IMG/VR virus record: IMGVR_UViG_3300035703_000020
Location: 85,879-149,878 of that record
Reading direction: 5' to 3' (one strand)
Length of the DNA stretch: 64,000 nucleotides
Source: a virus
Positions 56,584 to 64,000 of the stretch are shown here, one piece after another. Position 1 is the stretch's first letter, and the number at the start of each line of letters is the position of its first letter. The translations under genes were made by a program, and so were the position numbers. The notes beneath the pieces are model-generated. The model was given only the letters and a program-made list of their open reading frames with translations, was not told the origin of the DNA and made no database searches.

Positions 56584-56617
56584 AAGGTCATCGGCGCTAC
56601 CGATGGCCTTTCTTTTT
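56584..56617 (+). terminator. Terminator-like hairpin upstream of the psbA leader
   Basis: AAGGTCATCGG-cgcta-CCGATGGCCTT followed by TCTTTTT. Confidence 0.6.
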
Positions 56618-56632
56618 GGCCTCGGGAGCCAT

Positions 56633-56719
56633 CCTGCTGAAACGGGACTCGCACTCCTTACCGGGGCTAAGCAGGCTAAATACGCCCCTCATGCCGACCT
56701 TAAGGGGGGTCGGGAATAC
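56633..56719 (+). ncRNA. PhotoRC-II-like structured psbA leader RNA
   Basis: CCTTACC.GGGCTAA.CAG..AAATACGCCCCTCAT..GAATA resembles cyanophage psbA leaders; CCTGCT/AGCAGG and GGGGC/GCCCC pairings. Confidence 0.55.
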
Positions 56720-56761
56720 CGAAACGCCGGTCCCTGCCGCGCGCTTTCTTCTGAACGTTTA

Positions 56762-57772
56762 ATGGCTTCATCTGTTCTCTCCCGCCGCTCAACTAATTCC
56801 GGCTGGGAGTCTTTCTGCGAGTGGGTCACCTCGACGAACAACCGCCTCTACGTCGGTTGGTTCGGCACCCTGATGATCCCGACGTTGCTCGCCGCAACTA
56901 TTTGCTTCATCGTCGCCTTCATCGCAGCCCCACCGGTTGACATCGACGGAATCCGCGAGCCTGTTGCCGGCTCCCTCATGTACGGCAACAACATCATCTC
57001 CGGCGCCGTGGTACCGTCGAGCAATGCTATCGGCCTCCACTTCTACCCGATCTGGGAGGCCGCGTCCCTCGATGAATGGCTCTACAATGGCGGTCCTTAC
57101 CAGCTCGTCGTCTTCCACTTTCTCATCGGCGTTTTCTGCTATATGGGCCGGGAGTGGGAGCTTAGCTATCGCCTCGGCATGCGCCCTTGGATTTGTGTTG
57201 CTTACAGCGCTCCGGTAGCCGCCGCGACCGCCGTGTTCCTGGTCTATCCTTTCGGCCAGGGCAGCTTCAGCGACGGCATGCCCCTCGGCATCTCCGGCAC
57301 CTTCAACTACATGCTGGTGTTCCAGGCTGAGCACAACATCCTGATGCACCCCTTCCACATGCTCGGCGTCGCCGGCGTGTTCGGCGGCTCGCTCTTCAGC
57401 GCGATGCACGGCAGCCTCGTGACCAGCTCCCTGGTCCGCGAGACCACCGAGAACGAGTCCCAGAACTACGGCTACAAGTTCGGCCAGGAGGAGGAGACCT
57501 ACAACATCGTGGCCGCCCACGGTTACTTCGGTCGCCTGATCTTCCAGTACGCCAGCTTCAACAACAGCCGCAGCCTGCACTTCTTCCTGGCCGCGTGGCC
57601 CGTGATCGGCATCTGGTTCACCGCCCTGGGCGTGAGCACGATGGCGTTCAACCTCAACGGCTTCAACTTCAACCAGTCCATCGTGGACGCCCAAGGCAAG
57701 GTGATCAACACCTGGGCCGACGTGCTGAACCGCGCCGGTCTGGGCATGGAGGTGATGCACGAACGCAACGCT
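56762..57772 (+). CDS. psbA: Photosystem II D1, exon 1
   Basis: Clear D1 sequence up to MEVMHERNA; true start ATG 56762. Confidence 0.97.
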
Positions 57773-57980
57773 CGACTTGTGGGCGCCCTCGCCTGAAAGG
57801 GCGAGGTAAACTCCGGATGAATTGCTGGGAACCCGGCGGGGCAATCAGCAGCCAAGCCGCTCACGCTTGAGCGGAAGGTTCAGAGACTAGGCGGTGTGGA
57901 GAGCGCTCCACGTAAAACGCCACTAGCGTCCGGCACCTAAACCCCCTTGGGGCACGGTGAAGATATAGTCCAAGCGGGAG
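57773..57980 (+). mobile_element. Group I intron (208 nt, no ORF)
   Basis: 5' exon ends in U and the intron ends in G. P1 CGCU/GGCG and P10 UUGUG/CACAA pairings; AATTGCTGGGAA, AATCAGCAG, TTCAGAGACTA and AAGATATAGTCC core elements. Removal restores HERNA|HNFPLDLA. Confidence 0.93.
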
Positions 57981-58052
57981 CACAACTTCCCCCTCGATCT
58001 CGCAGCCGCTGAGGCCACTCCTGTGGCTCTCAAGGCTCCAGCGATTGGTTGA
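57981..58052 (+). CDS. psbA: Photosystem II D1, exon 2
   Basis: HNFPLDLAAAEATPVALKAPAIG*; spliced product is 360 aa. Confidence 0.95.
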   Translation, partial: HNFPLDLAAAEATPVALKAPAIG

Positions 58053-58106
58053 GCTAACGCACAACTTTCCTCTCGGGTATACTATATTCGAGAGGATTTT
58101 TTCTAA

Positions 58107-58733
58107 ATGGGCACAAAGAGGCCACACTGCCGCCGAGATTGGGACCGGGACCTCAAGGAACTCGGCGCGCGGATCGGATTCGAAGTCATCGCCTGGGACG
58201 GCTATCCGGCCAGGCGAAATAAGGTTCTAATCCGCTGCCCGCACGGCGAGAGGTGGGTATTTCCGAACGGTCAGATCAACAAGACGCACTGCTGCCGCTC
58301 TGCGTCAAAACAGGGCGCCAACAACCCCTTCCACAACAAACCCACGTGGAATGCTGGCACGAAAGGCGTAAGCCGCGGGCACGGGTTCGGCTACAGGCCG
58401 AATCACGAGCAGTCGCAATTGCCTGGTCTTCTGTATCTCGCCCAGTACTCAGATTGCGGCGAATCCCACTTCAAGCTCGGCATCACGGGTCGCTCCACGA
58501 GGAAGCGTCTGCAAAGTCGACTCCTGTGGATTGTCAAAGAATGGGAACTACCACTTGGAAAGTGTTTCGATCTGGAGCAGGCTGCACTCGGCCATGCTTC
58601 GCAACATGGCTACCGCTACTCCTCACCAACAACAACCGAGCTCATCCGCCCCGACGGAGTGGTTCCAATTCTCGAGTTCATCGAACAGTATCTCGATGCT
58701 GATGGACACGTGGCCCAACCTCCCTCGGCCTAA
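58107..58733 (+). CDS. Free-standing putative homing endonuclease (GIY-YIG-like)
   Basis: CPHG/CC Zn-like motifs, WNAG, LYL...FKLGIT...RKRL...LEQ; lower GC. Confidence 0.65.
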   Translation: MGTKRPHCRRDWDRDLKELGARIGFEVIAWDGYPARRNKVLIRCPHGERWVFPNGQINKTHCCRSASKQGANNPFHNKPTWNAGTKGVSRGHGFGYRPNHEQSQLPGLLYLAQYSDCGESHFKLGITGRSTRKRLQSRLLWIVKEWELPLGKCFDLEQAALGHASQHGYRYSSPTTTELIRPDGVVPILEFIEQYLDADGHVAQPPSA

Positions 58734-58837
58734 TGACTGAGGGATACAGTCTTCGGCCCATCATCGATTCGGTGATGGGCACCGCAATCGGGATCTCCTC
58801 GGTCCTCATTCCACTCTTGGTCGTACTCCTACTATGA
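58733..58837 (+). CDS. Small hydrophobic peptide (34 aa)
   Basis: TAATG and ATGA coupling on both sides; [34 protein letters not shown]. Confidence 0.45.
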   Translation: MTEGYSLRPIIDSVMGTAIGISSVLIPLLVVLLL

Positions 58838-59889
58838 CTGCATCTGCCCTAACTGCCCCTTCACGAGGATGGTTCGATGTCCTGGATGACTGGCTTAAAC
58901 GCGATCGCTTTGTATTTGTGGGCTGGTCTGGACTACTTCTTTTTCCCACTGCTTATCTGGCCCTTGGTGGCTGGCTTACTGGCACAACGTTTGCTACGAG
59001 CTGGTACACCCACGGGCTGGCGTCTAGCTACCTTGAGGGCGCTAATTTCCTCACAGCAGCTGTTTCGACGCCTGCAGATGCTATGGGTCATTCTCTTCTT
59101 CTACTTTGGGGCCCTGAGTCTCAGGGCGACTTCGTCCGCTGGTGCCAGCTTGGGGGACTCTGGCCTTTTGTGGCGCTCCACGGAGCCTTCGCTCTTATAG
59201 GCTTCATGCTCCGCCAGTTCGAGATCGCCCGTCTGGTCGGCATCCGCCCCTACAACGCCATCGCCTTCTCCGGCCCGATCGCGGTGTTCGTGTCGGTGTT
59301 CCTGATGTACCCCCTCGGCCAGAGCAGCTGGTTCTTCGCTCCCAGCTTCGGCGTGGCGGCGATCTTCCGCTTCCTGCTCTTCCTGCAGGGCTTCCACAAC
59401 TGGACGCTGAACCCCTTCCACATGATGGGCGTGGCCGGCATCCTCGGCGGCGCCCTGCTCTGCGCCATCCACGGCGCCACGGTGGAGAACACCCTGTTCG
59501 AGGACTCCGAGCAGGCGAACACCTTCAAGGCGTTCGAGCCCACCCAGGAGGAGGAGACCTACTCGATGGTCACCGCCAACCGCTTCTGGAGCCAGATCTT
59601 CGGGATCGCCTTCTCCAACAAGCGCTGGCTGCACTTCTTCATGCTGTTCGTGCCGGTGATGGGCTTGTGGACCTCGTCCATCGGTATCATCGGCCTCGCG
59701 CTGAACCTCCGCGCCTACGACTTCGTGTCGCAGGAGATCCGCGCCGCCGAGGACCCGGAGTTCGAGACGTTCTACACCAAGAACATCCTACTGAACGAGG
59801 GCCTGCGCGCGTGGATGGCCCCGACGGACCAGCCCCACGAGAACTTCGTGTTCCCGGAGGAGGTCCTGCCCCGCGGCAACGCTCTCTGA
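58834..59889 (+). CDS. psbD: Photosystem II D2
   Basis: [16 protein letters not shown]...[10 protein letters not shown]. Confidence 0.97.
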   Translation: MTASALTAPSRGWFDVLDDWLKRDRFVFVGWSGLLLFPTAYLALGGWLTGTTFATSWYTHGLASSYLEGANFLTAAVSTPADAMGHSLLLLWGPESQGDFVRWCQLGGLWPFVALHGAFALIGFMLRQFEIARLVGIRPYNAIAFSGPIAVFVSVFLMYPLGQSSWFFAPSFGVAAIFRFLLFLQGFHNWTLNPFHMMGVAGILGGALLCAIHGATVENTLFEDSEQANTFKAFEPTQEEETYSMVTANRFWSQIFGIAFSNKRWLHFFMLFVPVMGLWTSSIGIIGLALNLRAYDFVSQEIRAAEDPEFETFYTKNILLNEGLRAWMAPTDQPHENFVFPEEVLPRGNAL

Positions 59890-59955
59890 CGGAGGCGGGT
59901 AAGCACCCAACATAGGCCGGAACCCACGCGCTCGAAGTTCTTCGCTCGAACAACC

Positions 59956-60192
59956 ATGTCCATGATGCTCCGCAACTTCCAGTACCTCTCCGGGGGGACC
60001 GCCAACGGGCAGTACCCGTCCGGCGATCTGGAGGCGAACATCGCAGCCGCGACCACCGGAACGGCGCTCCGCGCCGCCCTCGGCATCGAGGAATACGCCA
60101 CCAACGCGGCCGCCCTCACCGGTGGCCTCAGCGCCGGCGACCTGTACTTCAACACCGGCAGCAGCACCTACGTGCTGGTCCAGGCGCCCTGA
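59956..60192 (+). CDS. Hypothetical protein (possibly virion)
   Basis: 78 aa, GGGTAAG upstream, terminator downstream. Confidence 0.6.
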   Translation: MSMMLRNFQYLSGGTANGQYPSGDLEANIAAATTGTALRAALGIEEYATNAAALTGGLSAGDLYFNTGSSTYVLVQAP

Positions 60193-60216
60193 AACCGGTC
60201 GCCAATCCACCACGAG

Positions 60217-60241
60217 AGCCGCCCCACGTGGGCGGCTTTTT
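60217..60241 (+). terminator. Intrinsic terminator
   Basis: AGCCGCCC-cacgt-GGGCGGCT-TTTT. Confidence 0.85.
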
Positions 60242-60274
60242 GCTATGATACTCGGAGCAGCAGCTCTGACGGCC

Positions 60275-60754
60275 ATGGACCCCTTCGTGGCGCGCTACCA
60301 GGCCTTCGACAAGGCGGCCATCCTAGACGCCCTGGGCGAGATCAGGTGGGGCGGCAACGGCCTCATCGACGGCGAGGGCTCGTCGTCGTACCACACGGAC
60401 AGCCTGCTCTTCCTGACGCACCCGCGCGTCTTCAACGAGCTCGCCTGCTTCATCTGCGGGAAGCTGCCGTTCGGCGTCAAGTTCCAGGAGATGTGGGCAA
60501 ATACTACCCAGAGCGGCAGCCACACGAAGCCGCACAACCACGTCTCGGCCGAGCAGCCGAGGGTGATCGTGGCCGTGCTCTACGTGCACAAACCGGAGGG
60601 CTCGGGGAGCATCGTGATAGAGGGCGAGCGCTGGGACGCGGGGGAGGGCGACGTGCTGTTCTTCGACGGGTCCATGACCCACTGGACCGAGGTCAACGGC
60701 TCGCCCGAGCCGCGCACGGTCGTGACATCAAACCTTCAGATCATCGGGAGATGA
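60275..60754 (+). CDS. Putative 2OG-Fe(II) oxygenase
   Basis: WAN....PHNH...VLYV...FF....H.....R...SN. Confidence 0.75.
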   Translation: MDPFVARYQAFDKAAILDALGEIRWGGNGLIDGEGSSSYHTDSLLFLTHPRVFNELACFICGKLPFGVKFQEMWANTTQSGSHTKPHNHVSAEQPRVIVAVLYVHKPEGSGSIVIEGERWDAGEGDVLFFDGSMTHWTEVNGSPEPRTVVTSNLQIIGR

Positions 60755-61026
60755 CCCTAGAGGACGCCTGCTACTCGCTAAAGCTCGAGTGCGCCCTGCG
60801 CGAGCTCGGGTTCGTGGACATAGGCTGGCGCGTAGTCGCGCACGCTGGCATCTTCTTCGTCGAGCCGGTCGGCTGGAGCTCCGTGTGTGGTCCGGCGGAC
60901 GACCTGCTCGGGTTCCAGCTGCAGCGCCACGTCATGGCGAGGGAGACCGAGCGCGGCCTCCACCTGGGGCGCCCGATCGCCCAGACGGCCAGGCAGGCGC
61001 TGGACCTCGCCATATCGCTCTCATGA
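60751..61026 (+). CDS. Conserved cyanophage hypothetical protein
   Basis: ATGA-coupled; LKLECALRELGFVDIGW. Confidence 0.6.
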   Translation: MTLEDACYSLKLECALRELGFVDIGWRVVAHAGIFFVEPVGWSSVCGPADDLLGFQLQRHVMARETERGLHLGRPIAQTARQALDLAISLS

Positions 61027-61259
61027 ACATGGACCCGCTGCCGCTCGAGAAGGAGCTGAGGATCGAGTCGATAAAGCGGCACATCACCGAACTGCCGCGG
61101 GACGAGCTCATCGAGAGCCTGGCCAGCGCCATCGACACGCTGACGCGGATGACGCACCAAACGAAGCAGCTGCTGGCGTACATCGACATCCTCGAAGCCC
61201 GGACGCACCCCGCCGGCGATTCGCACGGGGCGGGCAGGCTGGATAATCGGGCGGATTGA
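61023..61259 (+). CDS. NblA-like phycobilisome degradation protein
   Basis: LPLEKELRIESIKRHITELPRDELIESL fits the NblA helix-loop-helix pattern. Confidence 0.45.
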   Translation: MNMDPLPLEKELRIESIKRHITELPRDELIESLASAIDTLTRMTHQTKQLLAYIDILEARTHPAGDSHGAGRLDNRAD

Positions 61260-61269
61260 GAGCGAGCGA

Positions 61270-61860
61270 TTGGAAATCGACAGCAAGCTTCTATTCCCGC
61301 GCCAGGTGGTGAGCGTGACCGATCGCAGTTACGCCACGGACGAGCTGCTGCGCTTCTGCTACGCGGCAAGGGAACGGGACAGCGCCGGGCGGCGTGTATC
61401 GAACCAGAACGGGGGGTGGCAGAGCGAGTCCATAGAGGCGGGAAACGAGGCGTACGAGGCGCTCAACTCCGCCATAGCGGAGCCGCTGCGCGCCGGCCTT
61501 GTCGGCGGCATGGGCGTCGACCCGGATTGGGCCTACGCGGTGTCCAACTTCTGGATCAACATCTCCGGGCCAGGGGCGTACAACGTGTCCCACATACACC
61601 CCAACTCGTCATTCTCCGGCGTGTTCTACGTGCAGGTGCCGGCGGACAGCGGCTGTCTGATCTTCGAGGACGACCAGCACCGGATGCTGGAGGAGGCCCG
61701 CCGCACTAAAGCGGCGACCGACGCCACCCTGCAGCACCAGACGTACTGGTTCTCGCCTGTCCCAGGCCAACTGCTGCTGTTCCCGGCAACCCTGCCGCAC
61801 CGTGTCGCCACCAACAGGTCCGGCGCGGACCGCGTGACGATAGCCTTCAACATGCTCTAA
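61270..61860 (+). CDS. 2OG-Fe(II) oxygenase (TIGR02466-like)
   Basis: SN.GGWQS, WIN, HIHP..FSGVFYV, LLFP..LPHRV..N...RVTIAFN. Confidence 0.85.
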   Translation: MEIDSKLLFPRQVVSVTDRSYATDELLRFCYAARERDSAGRRVSNQNGGWQSESIEAGNEAYEALNSAIAEPLRAGLVGGMGVDPDWAYAVSNFWINISGPGAYNVSHIHPNSSFSGVFYVQVPADSGCLIFEDDQHRMLEEARRTKAATDATLQHQTYWFSPVPGQLLLFPATLPHRVATNRSGADRVTIAFNML

Positions 61861-61894
61861 AGCGCTCGCGGCGAAACAGAGTATAATCTACGCA

Positions 61895-62035
61895 CGTTCA
61901 TTCGCACTTTCGGGCACAAGTTGCCCGATCCTGCGAACGGAAGTAAGCCGACGCGGAACGGAACGTTCATATCAGCAAAGCTGATAAACGCCATTTATCA
62001 ACAGGGCTGATACGCAAACGCCGACTGAAGGAACG
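61895..62035 (+). ncRNA. Tandem glutamine-riboswitch-like RNA (glnA/Downstream-peptide type)
   Basis: Two units CGTTCA...GGAACG (61895-61960 and 61964-62035) with GGAAGTAAG and GAAGGAACG; TATAAT at 61882; precedes a DUF4278-like gene. Confidence 0.7.
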
Positions 62036-62064
62036 CGGAATGTAACCACACATTTCGAGGACCG

Positions 62065-62217
62065 ATGTCAATCGCCACCTACCGCGGTGTCAAGTACGAC
62101 ACCGAGAAGCACCAGTCCACATTCCGCGACTGGTGGAACGAGATCCACTGCAACGCGACCCGCTGGTTCACCTACCGCGGCAAGCACTATCGCGCGTACG
62201 GGGAGTGCAAGCTGTGA
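62065..62217 (+). CDS. DUF4278-like small protein
   Basis: ATYRGVKY and FTYRGKHY repeats; GAGG RBS. Confidence 0.75.
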   Translation: MSIATYRGVKYDTEKHQSTFRDWWNEIHCNATRWFTYRGKHYRAYGECKL

Positions 62218-62312
62218 AGCCCGCCTTCCTCACGTGGCTCGCCGCCGCCAAGCGCCGCGACGCCAGGATCGCCAAGCAGTACGAGCACAGCGTCCCCTCG
62301 GGCGTCGTGTAA
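62214..62312 (+). CDS. Small peptide (32 aa)
   Basis: GTGA-coupled; ends just before a terminator. Confidence 0.45.
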   Translation: MKPAFLTWLAAAKRRDARIAKQYEHSVPSGVV

Positions 62313-62316
62313 GATC

Positions 62317-62344
62317 AGGGGGCCCGCGGGCCCTCTTTCTTTTT
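62317..62344 (+). terminator. Intrinsic terminator
   Basis: AGGGGGCC-cgcg-GGCCCTCT followed by TTCTTTTT. Confidence 0.75.
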
Positions 62345-62354
62345 GGGCAAACCC

Positions 62355-62885
62355 ATGCTCAACTTCCACTTCGGCCGGCGCAGGCCGAGCATCAAGCAAT
62401 GGGCGGCGTACTCCGTCGGGACCGCGACCGCCGTCGCCCTGATCGTGCACTACGGCAACATGCTTTTAGCGTCCAAGCATGGGGAATTCATCCGCGACGC
62501 CATCTGCGCGACGTCGAAGGTCATGCCGGACGGCCACCTCGCGCGGCTGATGTCCACGCTCTGCAGGGCCTCGAAGGACGGCACGATCACGCCGGAGGAG
62601 GCCAAGACGGCCCTCGGCAGGGCACAGCAGGCGACGGGGGCGTTCCGCGAGTACTTTGACAACGACCCCGAGAACACCGACCTGAGGGCAAAGGACGAGG
62701 TCGACTTCGCCGTCGAGGGGTGGAAGCGTCTGAACCCGTCGCCCAAGATCGATCCGGGCCTCCGCAGGCAGTTCCCGGACATGACAGAGGAGCAGCTCTG
62801 CGTGCTGTCCCAGGCCGAGCGCTACACGGATGGCGACGCCATCGGGATCAGGTACGCCGGGATGGCCGTCTGCGAGGACGAGTAA
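62355..62885 (+). CDS. Hypothetical protein
   Basis: 176 aa with a hydrophobic segment near the N-terminus. Confidence 0.55.
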   Translation: MLNFHFGRRRPSIKQWAAYSVGTATAVALIVHYGNMLLASKHGEFIRDAICATSKVMPDGHLARLMSTLCRASKDGTITPEEAKTALGRAQQATGAFREYFDNDPENTDLRAKDEVDFAVEGWKRLNPSPKIDPGLRRQFPDMTEEQLCVLSQAERYTDGDAIGIRYAGMAVCEDE

Positions 62886-62913
62886 GATCAGGGCACACAC
62901 CCGCAGCGGAAAG

Positions 62914-64000
62914 ATGCGCGTCATCGACTCCTACACGTTCACGCCCGGCGCGCGCAACGCCGGCACCATCGTCATCCCGGAGGTGGTGGAGCTCGAGGAC
63001 ATCGACCGCATCTGGAACGTGACCCGCGGCGCCATCATCTACGAGACCACCAACTCGCAGTACGGCATCTCCAACGTCGTCATCGCGAACGGGTCGACAA
63101 CGCTGACGATCGAGACCGGCACGGAGACGATGAGCTCCGGCGACGAGCTGCAAATTCTGCTGTTTGATTCGACGGGCCAAAACGGCACGCTCGGCATCAC
63201 TGGGACCGGGGCCACGGCGACAAGCGCCTTCGGGGAGCCGATCGCCGTCCCCGTCACGCCAGTCTTCCAGCTCGACGGGATCTACGGCTTGCCCACGGTG
63301 GACTTCGAGCAGTACACCAGCGGGACCGGATCCGTGACGTCCGCTGGCCTGATGACCGTGTCCACCGGAGCCGGGGCCGGCGGCTATGGCGTGCTCCGCT
63401 CGCGCCGTGTTGTGCGCTACCGCCCGGGCCAGGGCGCTCTGGCAAGATTCACGGCCATGTTCAGCGCCCCTCTCGCCAACTACACCCAGAGGGCCGGATT
63501 CTTCTCCCAGGAGCAGGCCCTCATGGTCGGCTACAACGGGACAAGCTTCGGCATCCTGAGACAGAACGGAGGCAAGGCCCACATCGAATCCCTGACGATC
63601 ACGAATGCCGGCAACGGGTCCGAGACGGTGACCATCACCCTGAACGGCACCGCGTTCAACATCCCGATCTCAGGGACTACTATCGCCTCGAACGCGACGG
63701 TGATCGCCAACTCCGCCTTCGCTGGGTGGATCGTGTACCAGGTGGGGGCCAAGGTCTGGTTCCTATCCACGACGGTGGGGCCTAAGGCGGGTGCCTTCTC
63801 GGTGGCGACGTCAGTCGGGGGCACCTTCGCCGGGACGATGGCCGTGGCCCAGGCCGGGGTTAACCACACCGACAATTGGACCCCTCAGGCGAGCTGGAAC
63901 ATCGACAAGCTCGACGGCACTGGCCCCTCCGGCGTGACGCTGAACCCACAGACCCTCAACATCTTCCAGATCAGTTTCCGCTGGCTCGGGGCAGGGGAGA
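62914..64000 (+). CDS. Structural protein (3' partial)
   Basis: Open to the window end; YTFTP..IWNVT..IIY, RYRPGQG..RFTA, WLGAG motifs. Confidence 0.7.
   Translation, partial: MRVIDSYTFTPGARNAGTIVIPEVVELEDIDRIWNVTRGAIIYETTNSQYGISNVVIANGSTTLTIETGTETMSSGDELQILLFDSTGQNGTLGITGTGATATSAFGEPIAVPVTPVFQLDGIYGLPTVDFEQYTSGTGSVTSAGLMTVSTGAGAGGYGVLRSRRVVRYRPGQGALARFTAMFSAPLANYTQRAGFFSQEQALMVGYNGTSFGILRQNGGKAHIESLTITNAGNGSETVTITLNGTAFNIPISGTTIASNATVIANSAFAGWIVYQVGAKVWFLSTTVGPKAGAFSVATSVGGTFAGTMAVAQAGVNHTDNWTPQASWNIDKLDGTGPSGVTLNPQTLNIFQISFRWLGAGE

Noticed and set aside
56603-57796. psbA as a truncated pseudogene ending RLVGALA with an N-terminal extension
   Set aside because: The end is explained by the group I intron, and the true start is ATG 56762.
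1-64000. tRNA genes, rRNA, and T4 late promoters (TATAAATA)
   Set aside because: None were recognised by eye in the intergenic regions; a tRNAscan run would be needed to exclude tRNAs formally.

Overview
A 64-kb stretch of a large, unusually GC-rich (roughly two-thirds G+C by eye) tailed cyanophage, almost entirely + strand. It carries psbA (split by a 208-nt group I intron), psbD, two hli genes, phoH, thyX, nrdA/nrdB, a terminase, many tail-fibre/structural genes, a tape-measure-like protein with an M23 peptidase and two sigma factors. The most striking unexplained element lies at 6.8-14.4 kb. Seven genes there share an N-terminal leader plus a Cys motif (six with D[FY]xxC[QE][RK]xDxxxYG..CRKG, one degenerate), each fused to a different C-terminal payload: two protein-kinase-fold domains, an HNH-type domain and basic coiled coils. 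This looks like a modular, probably capsid-packaged effector array. Other highlights are a lambda-type G_GGA_AAG -1 frameshift signal joining two head-region ORFs, a recurrent GGGTAA promoter motif matching a phage SigF-like sigma factor, and a shared C-terminal D[LI]DF tail on three DNA-metabolism proteins. Also notable are a degenerate thymidylate-synthase-fold gene in a nucleotide cluster, a glutaredoxin domain inside NrdA, a duplicated psbA exon junction next to a GIY-YIG-like endonuclease, and a tandem glutamine-riboswitch-like RNA. All family assignments come from motif recognition by eye; no database searches were run.
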